64,000 bases of DNA from an uncultured Verrucomicrobiae bacterium (GTDB lineage: Bacteria; Verrucomicrobiota; Verrucomicrobiia; Chthoniobacterales; Chthoniobacteraceae), in assembly GCA_963769025.1 (NCBI GenBank), contig CAVYKI010000012.1, positions 256,001 through 320,000 on the forward strand. The letters run 5' to 3'. Below, in pieces: positions 19,840-30,308 of the stretch; position 1 is the first letter of the stretch; the number at the start of each line of letters is the position of its first letter. The position numbers and the translations under genes are program-made. The notes beneath the pieces were generated by a model, which saw nothing but the letters and a program-made list of their open reading frames with translations, was not told the DNA's origin and did no database searches.

Positions 19840-21303
19840 CTACAGCATCTCCGCCAACTTCTTCCGGTCGGCCTTCCCGTTGTTGTTCATCGGGAAGCTG
19901 TCGAGGAAATGGAATTTCCGCGGCACCATGTAAGCCGGCAGCCGTTCCCCGAGCTGCGTCTTCAATTTTGCCGCCTGCTCGAAATCCGTACCCTGCTTCG
20001 CCCCGCTGAGGACGATGAACGCGGCAAGCGAATCAATCTTCCCGCCTTTCTGAACAGGGAGAACGACCGCGTCCGCGATGTCCGGCAGCGCGCGAAGGTT
20101 GGCCTCGAGATCACCAAGCTCGATGCGATGCCCGAAGAGCTTGATCTGGCTGTCCATGCGGCCTTCGCAAAATAGCATGCCGTCGCGGTCGCGGCCCCAG
20201 TCGCCGGTGCGATAGGCGCGCGTGTCGTCGATTGGGTAGAATGCCTTTGCCGTGAGGTCGTCCCGCTTGAGGTAGCCGGGGCTGACATTCGGGCCCGCGA
20301 TTACAATTTCGCCGCGCTCGCCGGGAGGCACGGCCTTGCCATCCTCGCCGCGGATGATGACGCGTGTGCCCGGCATGACGTAACCGATGGGCAACGGGTT
20401 CCATTGCGCGATGGTCTCGCGCGTGATGCCCACCTTCGTCATCGCGACGGTCGCCTCGGTCGGGCCGTAGGTGTTCCAGACCGGAACGCCCGGGAACCGT
20501 TCAAGCAGTTGCGACGCGGTCTCCGGTGCGAGCGTCTCGCCGCAAAAGTGGAACGCGCGCAGGTGCGGCATCATCGTCGAGTTGAAGCCCTTTTCGATCA
20601 TGCACATCTGCGCAAACGAGGGGGTGGTCATCCACTGCGTCGCTCCGCTGTTCCGCAGTGCCTCGAAAAGCGCGCGCAGGTTCGAGACGTGATCCTTGGT
20701 GAGGCTGAAGATCGTGTTGCCCGAGCTGAGCGCCAGGTAGATGTCGTGGACGGAGAGATCGAACGTGAACGGCGCGTGGTTCAGGAAAATCTCGCCACAT
20801 TCGCGGAAACCGCCGTCGCCGTGCATCCACGAGAGATAGTGGTTCAGGTTGCCGCGCGTGATCACCACGCCCTTCGGCTCGCCGGTGCTGCCGCTCGTGA
20901 AGAGGATGTAGAAAGGGTCGGTGTTTTCGAGGGGCTTGCGCCGGTAGTCCACCGCGCCCGCCGCCGAAATGATTTCGGCGACCTTCGCAGGCGTGAGGAC
21001 GACCTCGGCGCCGGCGATTTCGACCACGCGCTCCATGCGTTGCGCAGGAGTGGAATAATCGATCGGAACGTACGGCCGCCCGGATCTCACCGCGGCGAAG
21101 AAGCTCATGAGCATCTCCGGCTCCTTGTGCCCGTGCACTGCCACGGGGCTGCGCTTGTCGCCGAGCTGCGCGTCGAGCCATGCCGCGACCGCATTGCTTC
21201 CGGCGAGCAGTTCACCAAAGGTCATCCGCCGATCGTTGCTGACGTGTGCGAGACGATCGGGGGCCGTGCGCCCGTATTGTTCGATTTTGTCGAGAAGGTG
21301 CAT
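19840..21303 (-). CDS. dltA: D-alanine--D-alanyl carrier protein ligase
   Basis: YILFTSGSTGEPKG, FTFDLSV, FCGE, NTYGPTEAT, YRTGD, GHRIELG, NGKADRK; start ATG 21303. Confidence 0.92.
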   Translation of the reverse strand: MHLLDKIEQYGRTAPDRLAHVSNDRRMTFGELLAGSNAVAAWLDAQLGDKRSPVAVHGHKEPEMLMSFFAAVRSGRPYVPIDYSTPAQRMERVVEIAGAEVVLTPAKVAEIISAAGAVDYRRKPLENTDPFYILFTSGSTGEPKGVVITRGNLNHYLSWMHGDGGFRECGEIFLNHAPFTFDLSVHDIYLALSSGNTIFSLTKDHVSNLRALFEALRNSGATQWMTTPSFAQMCMIEKGFNSTMMPHLRAFHFCGETLAPETASQLLERFPGVPVWNTYGPTEATVAMTKVGITRETIAQWNPLPIGYVMPGTRVIIRGEDGKAVPPGERGEIVIAGPNVSPGYLKRDDLTAKAFYPIDDTRAYRTGDWGRDRDGMLFCEGRMDSQIKLFGHRIELGDLEANLRALPDIADAVVLPVQKGGKIDSLAAFIVLSGAKQGTDFEQAAKLKTQLGERLPAYMVPRKFHFLDSFPMNNNGKADRKKLAEML

Positions 21304-21305
21304 GG

Positions 21306-21458
21306 CTAGAACTCCGCGTAAACAAACTCGGGTGTTTCGAAATTTCCGCGTCCATACATCGCCACCAGCACGGCGATGATCGCGAGGTAGTAGAGGGCCA
21401 ACAACGCAGGCCGTGCGCGGGGATGGGCCTCGAGCCAATGCTTTGCGGTCGAGATCAC
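21306..21458 (-). CDS. dltX: DltX-like small membrane protein (50 aa)
   Basis: GTG overlapping the dltC stop; single TM helix (LLALYYLAIIAVLVAMYG) and C-terminal FVYAEF matching the DltX F-x-Y-x-x-F tail. Confidence 0.8.
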   Translation of the reverse strand: MISTAKHWLEAHPRARPALLALYYLAIIAVLVAMYGRGNFETPEFVYAEF

Positions 21459-21703
21459 GCTGCGAGGCGTTTTTGCACGTCGGCCACCATCTTCGCCGGG
21501 GTGGCCCATGCGTCACGGTCGAACTCCGCCGGGGAGATTTCCACGCCGATCTCCGTCTGGAGCGCGACGATGAGCTCCACCGTCTTCATCGAGTCGAGGA
21601 TCTGCAGATCGTAGAGCGCAAGGTCGGGGTTTGTCCGGACTTCCTCGGTGTCGGCGACGCGCGCGAGGACATCGATCACTTGTTCGTTGGTCGCTGTGGC
21701 CAT
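21455..21703 (-). CDS. dltC: D-alanyl carrier protein
   Basis: 82-aa acidic ACP, LYDLQILDSMKTVELI (phosphopantetheine Ser), FDRDAWATP. Confidence 0.92.
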   Translation of the reverse strand: MATATNEQVIDVLARVADTEEVRTNPDLALYDLQILDSMKTVELIVALQTEIGVEISPAEFDRDAWATPAKMVADVQKRLAA

Positions 21704-21736
21704 GGGTATTTGAGGGAATGGCGGGTCACTTTCCCG

Positions 21737-22981
21737 CTAGTGCGATTTCTTCTGTGGCTGGTGGTAGAAATCGTCAAGAACCTTGTTAAAAAGCATCCAC
21801 GCGCGCTCGCCTGGATGGTCGAGTTCGTCCGCAAAAAAGGTCGGGTCATCCTCATACTGGCTGAAGTACACGAGCTGCATTCCGTATTTGGACGCGAGCT
21901 CGTTCAGCCGCTCGCCATATGCCTTTCGCGCGGAAGCGGAGACCCCGGTCGTCTCGAGCGCCGGCCCGTGCAGCGGCATCGAGAGCAGCAGCGCGTCAGC
22001 CCGCATTTCCTTCAAAGTGCGCAACAGCAGCTCGAAATCCTCCCATTCGTCCGCCGCCTTCAGCGTTTTCAGGAAGGCCGCGTCGCGCGAGCCTTTCGGG
22101 AGCTTCGCCATGCGCGGCGCGATGGGTGGGCGCGTCGTCTTTACCTTCACGCTCGTCTTCCGAAGGATCTCCTTCCAATTCAATCCCGGGATGAGGTGCG
22201 GCTTCGGATCCTTCTCCTCGCTGTTCGCTGCGATGCGCAGCCCAGCCTCGATGTGATCCTGCGCGCGGCCCACGTAGTTCGTGAGTTTTCCGAGCGGCCA
22301 GAGCGCTGCGTACAGCGCGCGATCGAGCGTCGTGTCCCCCGCCAGTCGCCGCAGCCCGAACTCCAGCGTCCAGTTTCCCTCGATCGTCTCAGGGTACTCC
22401 ATCATCCGCCGCGCCGCGTCGCGCTTCAGCCCGGGGCCGAGATGCGTGCTGAATGCAAGCTCCCGCGCCTGGAGCACGCTGAAATTCCCCTCGTAGTAAC
22501 CCTGGTTCAGTTTCTCGGTGAAGAAGTAGGTTGGCGAAATCGTGAATGCGACTTTGCGGTCCGCGATATAGTGCCCGACCGATGCGATTTTCTGCATGAT
22601 CGCCAGCGAACTCGTGCCAGGCTTGCCGACCTCGAAGACGCGGAAGCCGGTCGGGAACGGCTCGAAGAAATCCACCGCCTTGGTCGGCACGCGCGGGTCG
22701 CTTCCCAGCTCCGAGCTCCCGTATAGCACGAGCAGATCGGGCTGCGCGAAGGCAGTTTTTTGAAGCGCGACCCCCTGCAGTTTCAGGTCACTGCGTTCGT
22801 TCGTCAGGTTGAGGATAAAGCTCTGCTCGGCCCGCGCGCACAAAAGCACGGCTGCGAGCGCGGAAACCGCGGCGACCCCACCTGCGATGGTGAATGCCTG
22901 AAGATGATGGTGCGTCGTGGGGGCAGTCACGGAGGGAAAATGGAATGGGGCATTAAACTCAACGATGCCGGGTGGAGTCAA
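21737..22981 (-). CDS. dltD: DltD-like protein (start uncertain; GTG 22930 plausible)
   Basis: N-terminal TM, LYGSSEL, TISPTYF, FFADELDHPG...W (Ser and Asp/His catalytic motifs). Confidence 0.88.
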   Translation of the reverse strand: MTPPGIVEFNAPFHFPSVTAPTTHHHLQAFTIAGGVAAVSALAAVLLCARAEQSFILNLTNERSDLKLQGVALQKTAFAQPDLLVLYGSSELGSDPRVPTKAVDFFEPFPTGFRVFEVGKPGTSSLAIMQKIASVGHYIADRKVAFTISPTYFFTEKLNQGYYEGNFSVLQARELAFSTHLGPGLKRDAARRMMEYPETIEGNWTLEFGLRRLAGDTTLDRALYAALWPLGKLTNYVGRAQDHIEAGLRIAANSEEKDPKPHLIPGLNWKEILRKTSVKVKTTRPPIAPRMAKLPKGSRDAAFLKTLKAADEWEDFELLLRTLKEMRADALLLSMPLHGPALETTGVSASARKAYGERLNELASKYGMQLVYFSQYEDDPTFFADELDHPGERAWMLFNKVLDDFYHQPQKKSH

Positions 22982-23068
22982 TCATGCCCCGAAACTCGCA
23001 CGGATGCTTCATGCCGGACCCGCCTTGCGCTGCGAGGCAATACGGTGATACCACCCGCTCCATCCGCC

Positions 23069-24187
23069 GTGCGCATCCTGATCGCTCCCGACAAATTCAA
23101 AGGTTCGCTCTCCGCTCCCGCAGCGGCGCAGGCGATCGCCCACGGCGTGCGGGCTGTGTGGCCTCATGCACACCTCGATTTTGCACCCATCGCCGACGGC
23201 GGCGAGGGTTTTGCCGAATCGCTCGCGGTCGCGCTGGGTGCCAAGTGGGTGACCGCCGCCAGCCAGGACGCCATAGGCCGGCCGATCGAAGCGCGCTACG
23301 CGTGGGTGCCGGAAGAATGCCTCGCAGTCATGGAAATGAGCGAAGCCAGCGGGTTGCACCGGCTAGGGAAAAGCGAACGCGATCCGCGGCGTGCCGACAC
23401 ATTCGGAACCGGGGTGCTGCTCGCGCATGCCGTCGCACGCGGCGCCCGGCGGATTCTCATCGGTCTCGGCGGAAGTGCAACGACGGATGGCGGAGCGGGG
23501 ATGGCGCGCGCGCTCGGTTACCGGTTCCTCGATCACGACGGGCGCGAGTTCCCCGCGCTCCCCGGCACGCTGGCCATGCTCTCCCGCATCGAACGTCCGC
23601 CGGGTCTCCGCTTGCCGGAAATCGTCGCCGCGTGCGATGTGCAAAATCCCCTTCTCGGCGAGCGAGGCACGGCCCGTGTCTATGCACCGCAAAAAGGGGC
23701 GGATCCCGGCACGGTCGAATTTCTCGAAAAATCCCTGTCGCGGCTCGGCGAGATCGCCACCGCATGCCTGGGTTGCGACCATCGTGCCGTCCCCGGAGCC
23801 GGAGCCGCCGGCGGCCTGGGATATGGCTTGCTCACCTTTTGCGGCGCCTCGATCCGCCCCGGATTCGACATGATTGCGGAGACACTGCGCCTCGAAGGGC
23901 GCATCGCCGCGGCGGATCTGGTGATCACCGGCGAAGGACGGATTGACGATCAGACACTCGACGGCAAAGGGCCTGCCGGAGTCGCCGCGCTTGCCCGCAA
24001 AGCCGGAAAGCCCGTGATCGGATTCGCTGGCTCCGTCACAGCCGCGGCGGAAAGCGCAGGGGTTTTCGATGCCATCATCCCCATCGCCGAAGGACCGCTC
24101 ACGATCGACGACGCGATGCGCCAAGCTGCCGTCCTTCTTGAACGCGCTACCTGTCGCGCCATGAGTCTGCTCCGCCTCAGGGTGTGA
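23069..24187 (+). CDS. glxK: Glycerate kinase (GlxK/GarK family)
   Basis: ILIAPDKFKGSL, ADGGEG, GLGGSATTDGG, APQKGA, GAGAAGGLG, ITGEGRID.QT..GK. Confidence 0.93.
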   Translation: MRILIAPDKFKGSLSAPAAAQAIAHGVRAVWPHAHLDFAPIADGGEGFAESLAVALGAKWVTAASQDAIGRPIEARYAWVPEECLAVMEMSEASGLHRLGKSERDPRRADTFGTGVLLAHAVARGARRILIGLGGSATTDGGAGMARALGYRFLDHDGREFPALPGTLAMLSRIERPPGLRLPEIVAACDVQNPLLGERGTARVYAPQKGADPGTVEFLEKSLSRLGEIATACLGCDHRAVPGAGAAGGLGYGLLTFCGASIRPGFDMIAETLRLEGRIAAADLVITGEGRIDDQTLDGKGPAGVAALARKAGKPVIGFAGSVTAAAESAGVFDAIIPIAEGPLTIDDAMRQAAVLLERATCRAMSLLRLRV

Positions 24188-24293
24188 GCGAGAGCAGCAT
24201 TCCGCTCCGCATGGGTCAGCAGCGACGCCGCGCGGAAATTGCCGTCAGCAACTGCGTGGGATGCCGCGGCTCCGGGCCGCCCGCCTGCAGCTA

Positions 24294-24662
24294 CTACTTA
24301 TCCGACGCAGGAGGCGCGTCGGCAATCTTGATCTGGTAACCGTCGATGATCTTCTTCGCGTCTTCGTCGCCACCCTTGGCGAGATCATTCACGTCCTTCA
24401 TCAGATCCGTGAAGGTCTTCTGCGTTTCCTCCGAAGTCTTCACGAGCGGCTTCCGCTCATCGATGGCCTTCGCGAGCTTTTCGCGATTATCCTTCAGCAC
24501 GGCGATCTGCTTGTCCGCGTTGCTGCTCTGCCACTTCATCGTCTCGGTGGCTGTGCCAACACCCTTGATCTGGCTGAAGAAGAGAACGGAAAGCGCCAGT
24601 GCCACAAGGGCGACTGGAACGTGAATGCTGACGAAGGGGTTCTTGGGTTCCTGGTTTTCCAT
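24294..24662 (-). CDS. Hypothetical protein, single TM + coiled coil
   Basis: 122 aa, N-terminal hydrophobic helix then heptad-rich helix. Confidence 0.75.
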   Translation of the reverse strand: MENQEPKNPFVSIHVPVALVALALSVLFFSQIKGVGTATETMKWQSSNADKQIAVLKDNREKLAKAIDERKPLVKTSEETQKTFTDLMKDVNDLAKGGDEDAKKIIDGYQIKIADAPPASDK

Positions 24663-24691
24663 GGCTTTGGTAAATTGAGGGGTTGAGATGA

Positions 24692-25153
24692 TTACGGACG
24701 GAGCGCGGGTGCTTCGGGGTCAGCCGGCTTGGGCGCTGGCTTCGGTGCCGGGGCGGGGCTGGTGGAACCCTGTTTTGTGCGGAGTTCATCGAGCTGCCTG
24801 TCCATTTCCTTCAGCTGCTCGGCGTTCGGGATGAAGCCTTCGAGTTTCTGCTTCTTCATTGCGTCCCTCAGCTTCTCGTTCTTGTTCTTCGCGACGAAGT
24901 ATCCCATGTCTCGGAGGATTTGCGGCCCGAGCTTCTGCGCGACCTGCGCCCCGGTGTTGATGATTTCGGCCTGGCGCTGATACTCTTGGTTTTGCAGCGT
25001 CACGACTTGCGTGAGGTCCTGGATTTCGGACTGCTTCTTCAGGAGTTCCGCCTGCAGGCTGTTATTCGTCTGGGCTGCGCCGAAGCTGACGATACTTAGG
25101 ATGACTGCCACGAGCGCCAGCAGTGAGGAGAGGAGAAATGGAGCGGTTTTCAT
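24692..25153 (-). CDS. Hypothetical protein, single TM + coiled coil, Pro-rich tail
   Basis: MKTAPFLLSSLLALVAVIL...; Gln-rich helix; PAPKPAPKP tail. Confidence 0.75.
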   Translation of the reverse strand: MKTAPFLLSSLLALVAVILSIVSFGAAQTNNSLQAELLKKQSEIQDLTQVVTLQNQEYQRQAEIINTGAQVAQKLGPQILRDMGYFVAKNKNEKLRDAMKKQKLEGFIPNAEQLKEMDRQLDELRTKQGSTSPAPAPKPAPKPADPEAPALRP

Positions 25154-25237
25154 TAAGGGGCGGGACTTGTTCTGCAAGAAGCTCCATCCGTCAAGGAGGA
25201 ACCCGATGTTTTTATCGCGCGGCGTCTTTCCGTCGGC

Positions 25238-25690
25238 TTACCGGCCTTTCTTCGCGCTCTTCGACATTCGCGGCGTTTGGATCAGATTTCCATTCGCATC
25301 ATACGTGTCTATGTTCACCACGATCGCTTTGCCGTTTCGTACGCTGTAGTTGTAGTTTTTGGTGCCGATGAGATTGTCCTTCGCATCGTAGATGACCTCC
25401 TGGATGACGCGGTCTTCCCCATCCAGCTTATAGGCGCTTTTCTGATAAATGACGCCCTTGGCGTTGTAGAAAATGCCGGACACCGCCTGCAGGCGATCAT
25501 CGAGTTGGTAGACTATTTTGTGCGTCATCCTTCTGCTCGAATCGTAAAAAGTCTCGGTGGATTGCCTCTTTGAAGGATCCGTCAGGCGCGAACTCCCCGA
25601 GCGATCGGGATATTCGCGATTCGTCACCCGGATCGGGGGGACTGCAGATGCGATAGCCGAAAGCGTTAGGAGAATGAGCAGCGGTTTCAT
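25238..25690 (-). CDS. Hypothetical exported protein
   Basis: Signal peptide; repeated YD/Y-x-x-x-G beta-hairpin-like motifs. Confidence 0.7.
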   Translation of the reverse strand: MKPLLILLTLSAIASAVPPIRVTNREYPDRSGSSRLTDPSKRQSTETFYDSSRRMTHKIVYQLDDRLQAVSGIFYNAKGVIYQKSAYKLDGEDRVIQEVIYDAKDNLIGTKNYNYSVRNGKAIVVNIDTYDANGNLIQTPRMSKSAKKGR

Positions 25691-25705
25691 CGGGGGGCGC
25701 GCCGG

Positions 25706-27986
25706 CTAGTTTTCCGGGACAAGCTGGATGACATCAATCGCGACATTCCCATCCGCAGGCCCATCGCCAACGATCACGACCGCCGGCTTGCCCGGTTCAA
25801 AGCGGAACTTTCCGAGGCTGACAAAACCTTTCTCCATCGGAGCGGCGACCCGCTCGTTTACCATCAGCTTCTTCGCGCCGTCGGCAGACTCGATCGTCAC
25901 GGGCGCCTTGGTCGCACGATTCTCGTGCGGGCTGTAGCTGAGGCGCACCTCGTAGGAGCCCGCCTTCTCAATCTTGAACTCATAGCGCGCCGCCCCGGTT
26001 TCCTTTGCCCCGCGGTAGCGGTAGCCATCTCCATAATAACCCGGCAGCCCGTGCCCCTCGGCCCATTTGCCGGTCAGCTTAGCCTGGCTGTCGTCGAGCA
26101 CCAGACCCGGCAGCGACTTCACCGGAATTCCCGGTGCGGCATCGTGCTTGTCACCCGGAGGGGGCGCGAGCGGCTGATAGTTTGCGGGGAGCGCAGGCGT
26201 GTCGTTCACCGTCGCCCGGCGAGCTGCGCCCGGCAGGCGCATCAGTTCCTGCAGTTCGGTGAAATAGCGTTCATAGATGTCGCGCGGCATCACGTCGCGC
26301 TTCACGCAGAGGCTCGCGGCCTTGCCGACGACTTCGCCGATCATGCCGCCGGTCTTCATCACGCGGACGGTGCCGAGCGCCTCGTGAGTCACGCTCACGT
26401 TTCGGCCGGCCATGAAGAGGTTCTCCACATTCCGCGAGTAGAAGCAGCGGTAAGGCACCGGGTAGCCGTGCTTCCGGTCCACGCCCTTTCCAAAGACCGC
26501 CTTCGAGATGAACGGGTCGTCCTTTGCCACGCCCTTGGCGTACTGCTCCTTGGGATAATGAAGATCGATGTCCCACGTCGTAGGCACGGTCGCATCGGGA
26601 AATTCCTTCTTGCTCACGATGTCATCCTCCGTGAGCAGGACATCACCCATCAGCTGCCGGCTCTCACGCGGCCCGCCGATGTAGGCGACCCACTCGAGCT
26701 TCGCATTCGCATGCTCGGCCTTTGCCGCCACGGTTCTTCATCGCGTTGAACGCACCGTATAGCGCGCGGAAATTCCAGTCGCGCATGTCCTCCAGCCCGA
26801 GGATGGGATGCTTGTTGAATCCGCTCTCCCAAAACCACTGCGCGTGAAAGCGCTGCGGATACGGGAAGTCCTCCATCTCCAGCGGCAGCGCCCACGGGGT
26901 TTCGGGAAATGCGGACGGCTGACCCGTGTCCTTCCACCGCCACATGTTCGACATGCCGAGGTGCTCGGTTTCGCGAATCGTGTGATCCGCCCCTGCGAGC
27001 ACGCCGATCGTCGCATGCCCCGTCGCGTCGCAGAAAAGCCGCCCGGCGAAACGGCGCTTCATGCCGGAGCGCACGTCGAGCGACACCACCGCGGCGATCC
27101 GCTGCTTGTCCTTCATCTCCACGGCGATGACGCGGTTGTTGAAAAACAGCGTGATGTTTTTCTCCGCACGCACGACCGCCTCCTTCTTGGCGTCGCCAAA
27201 TTCCTCATACGTCCCCGGCGACAGCTTCGCGGTGTCCTGGAATTCCTCCACGATCTCGCCGAGGTTCGGATACATCCCGCGCCGCGTGCCGCCCATCGCC
27301 CACACGCGGACTTCGCTCGATCCATTGCCGCCGAGCACCGCGCGATCCTGAACCAGCGCGACCTTGCATCCCATGCGCGCCGCGGAAATCGCCGCCGCCG
27401 TGCCGCCGTAACCGCCGCCGATCACCACGAGATCGAACGTGCCAGCCTCCTCCGGCTTTTCCGGCAGGCCCAGCATGTCGTGCCGCCAGCGATCGTTGGG
27501 GTCATTCGAGTTCGGCGGAGTGAAAGCGGCGTCCTTCGTGAAGAAAATCGCGTCGCACCGCCCGGCAAATCCCGTGAGATCATGCAGCGCGAGCAAAACC
27601 TCCGGCTTTGTGACCTCGACCGTTCCCCCGTTCTGCCAGGCCCACACCTTGCCCTTCGTCCCAAACGTCTCCGCGAGCGGCTTCCCATCCACCATCACCT
27701 GGAATTTTCCCGGCGTGCCGGGCGCATTCCAGCGCGCCACCCAGTCCATCGTGCGTACCCACACGTGATATTTGCCAGTGGCGGGAAATTTCACCGTCGT
27801 GGTCGCATCCTTCACCGGCTCGCCCATGCCGTGCGCAAGCAGGTACGGCGATCCCATGCTGTCGATGAACTGTGTGTCGAGCGACCAGCCTCCGAGGTCG
27901 TGGAAGCTCTCTGCTTCTACAAAAGCCTGGTCGGCTGCGAGGGCGGTGCCGGCGAGAGCGGCGGCTGCGAGGAGGATTCGGATCAT
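25706..27986 (-). CDS. Exported FAD-dependent oxidoreductase with C-terminal carbohydrate-binding-like domain; apparent +1 frameshift at about 26722
   Basis: Signal peptide, DLVVIGGGYGGTAAAISAAR, LGGNGSSE; continues in the next frame as RESRQLMGD, YPVPYRC, LFMAGR. Removing one T of TTT 26721-23 gives ...KNRGGKAEHANAKLEWV. Confidence 0.85.
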
Positions 27987-28087
27987 GGGAATTTGGGGTC
28001 TTCCGGATCGGTAATGGCAACGCGACGGCGACACAAGCGCGGGTTACGGGCGCAATCGCGGTCCGCGAACCGCATCAGGCGGCGCGG

Positions 28088-28483
28088 CTATTTTCCGCCT
28101 TCGACAGCCTTCTTTGCCGACGCCCATCCGCTGAAGCCCGCCTTCAGATGATAGATCGTCCCGAATTTTTTGAGCGCCGCGATCTTTGGAAGCGCCTGAG
28201 CGCTGCGGCCGCCGGCGGCGCAATGCACAATCACCGGTCCCGACTCCGCAAGCGCTGCGACGCGCTTCTCGAAATCATCCTCGAAAAAATCGACGTTCTT
28301 CGCGCCGGGAATGTGCCCTTTTGCAAATTCCTCGGGCGTCCTCACGTCGAGGACCAGCGGCTTTGAAGCGCCCTTCAAAAGCGCCTCGGCTTCGTCCGGC
28401 GTCACATCCTTGGTCGCGCCCTCAGGCGCGGCGGGCGCGATGGAGAAAAGGGCGCAGAAAAAAATGGCGAGGAACGTTTTCAT
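28088..28483 (-). CDS. Exported rhodanese-like domain protein
   Basis: Signal peptide, VLDVRTPEEF..GHIPGA, VHCAAGGRS, L.AGF..W. Confidence 0.88.
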   Translation of the reverse strand: MKTFLAIFFCALFSIAPAAPEGATKDVTPDEAEALLKGASKPLVLDVRTPEEFAKGHIPGAKNVDFFEDDFEKRVAALAESGPVIVHCAAGGRSAQALPKIAALKKFGTIYHLKAGFSGWASAKKAVEGGK

Positions 28484-28606
28484 GCGCCCACTAGACCGTA
28501 TCGTCCCGCCGGAGGCAACCTGCCATGCGTCGAGGAAGAAAATGCCGGAATGGCGGAAAATTCGCTCGCGCATCGCGCCATCCTGCCGTTTTAACGCACC
28601 TCACAA

Positions 28607-29161
28607 ATGGTCCTCGAAATCGTCAAATACGGAAACCCTGTCCTCCGCGCCAAAGGCCTGGAGGTCGGCGAAAACGACGAGCGTGCGAAAAAGCTCGCTG
28701 ACGACATGATTGAGACCATGCGGGCCGCGAATGGCGTCGGCCTCGCAGCGCAGCAGGTGGGCGTCCCCATCCAGCTCACGGTCATCGACGTGAGCGGCGT
28801 CGAGGATCGCCCGAGCGAAATGATCGTGGACGGCAAGAGCGTGGGCATCGCCGACTTCATGCCGCTGATCCTCGTGAATCCCGTCCTCGAACTCGGCAAG
28901 GAGACCGAGGAGGGCGTCGAAGGCTGCCTCAGTTTTCCCGATCTGAGCGGCGACATCGTCCGCGCCTCGTCCGTGAAGGTGAAGGCGAAGAAGCTCGACG
29001 GCTCGCCCATCGAATTCGAGGCGCGCGGGCTCCTCTCACGCGCCGTCCAGCACGAGGTGGATCACCTCAACGGCATCCTGTTCATCGACCGAATGAATTC
29101 GGCCGTGCGGACCTGCCTCGCAGGAAAGCTCAAGCGGCTCCAGAAGCAGTCACGCGCGTAG
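28607..29161 (+). CDS. def: Peptide deformylase
   Basis: GVGLAAQQVG, EGCLS, QHEVDHLNG. Confidence 0.97.
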   Translation: MVLEIVKYGNPVLRAKGLEVGENDERAKKLADDMIETMRAANGVGLAAQQVGVPIQLTVIDVSGVEDRPSEMIVDGKSVGIADFMPLILVNPVLELGKETEEGVEGCLSFPDLSGDIVRASSVKVKAKKLDGSPIEFEARGLLSRAVQHEVDHLNGILFIDRMNSAVRTCLAGKLKRLQKQSRA

Positions 29162-29170
29162 GCCGGTCGC

Positions 29171-30295
29171 TCACTCCGCGTCCGCCTCCGGTTCGCGGCG
29201 CGAGTGGATCCACACGCTGTTCACGAGGCCGAAGCTGAACATCAGCATCAGCGCAAATGTGCCGCCGTAACTGATGAGTGGCAGCGGCAGACCGGTGATC
29301 GGCATGAGCGCGATCGTCATGCCGATGTTCTGGTACACGTGGAAAAAGATCTGCGCGGTGATCCCTCCCACGATGAGCACGCCGAACAGGTCGGTCGCCC
29401 GCGCCGCCGTGAGCATGCACGAAATGATCAGCACCCCGAACGCCGCAATGACCCCGAGCCCGCCCAGAAAGCCCCACTGCTCGCCGATGGTCGAAAAGAT
29501 GTAGTCCGTGTGCGCCTCGGCAGACGGGATGAGGCCGAGTTCCAGCTGCGTGTCGGGCGCCTTGAATCCCTTGCCCTTGAGACCCGCGGACCCGATCGCG
29601 ATGAGCGACTGGTTCACGCCGTAGCTCGTGCCGCGCGGGTCCACATCCGGATCCATGAACGTCACGACACGGTCCCGCTGATAGGGCTTCAGCTTAAAAT
29701 TCATCACCAGCGGCAGAATCGTCAACCCGGCGAGTACCACCAAGGCCAGCCAGCGCAGCGGCATCCCGCATAGCCAGAGCATCGTGAGGACCACGGGAAC
29801 CCATACGATGGTCATGCCCATGTCCGGCTGATTGAGGATCAACGCCATCACCGGCGCGACAATGATTCCCGAGCAGGCAATGCGGATCGCCGGATGCCAG
29901 CGACGCGCGTAGCTGAGAAAAAGGGCGAGCGAGAGGATGCCGCCGGCCACCGCGATTTGCGAAGGCTGGAAAACCCCGATCACCGGCAGGCGCAGCCAGC
30001 ACTGGGCATTGTTCACCTTGACCCCCATGCCCGTGTAGGTGAGCGCCACGAGCACGATGCTCACGAGATACATCGGCACCGCCAGCCATTTCACCCAGCG
30101 GTAATCGGTGAGCGTCACCACGAAGAAGATGACCAGCCCGATACCGACCCATTTTGCCTGCTGCTGCCAGTAGCGATCCGCCGGGCGCATGTAGGACGCA
30201 CCGTGGATGAAAAGAATGCCCGCCAGCGCAATGATCAGGACCGCCCCGAAGAGCAGCCAGTTCATCCCGAGCAATTTTCTGAGCAGTGGAGTCAT
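29171..30295 (-). CDS. rodA: SEDS family peptidoglycan polymerase RodA
   Basis: FQPSQ, QPDMG, YQRDR, QSLIAIGSAG, HTDYIF, PITGLPLPLISYGG. Confidence 0.9.
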   Translation of the reverse strand: MTPLLRKLLGMNWLLFGAVLIIALAGILFIHGASYMRPADRYWQQQAKWVGIGLVIFFVVTLTDYRWVKWLAVPMYLVSIVLVALTYTGMGVKVNNAQCWLRLPVIGVFQPSQIAVAGGILSLALFLSYARRWHPAIRIACSGIIVAPVMALILNQPDMGMTIVWVPVVLTMLWLCGMPLRWLALVVLAGLTILPLVMNFKLKPYQRDRVVTFMDPDVDPRGTSYGVNQSLIAIGSAGLKGKGFKAPDTQLELGLIPSAEAHTDYIFSTIGEQWGFLGGLGVIAAFGVLIISCMLTAARATDLFGVLIVGGITAQIFFHVYQNIGMTIALMPITGLPLPLISYGGTFALMLMFSFGLVNSVWIHSRREPEADAE

Positions 30296-30308
30296 TGGGG
30301 AAAGGTGG

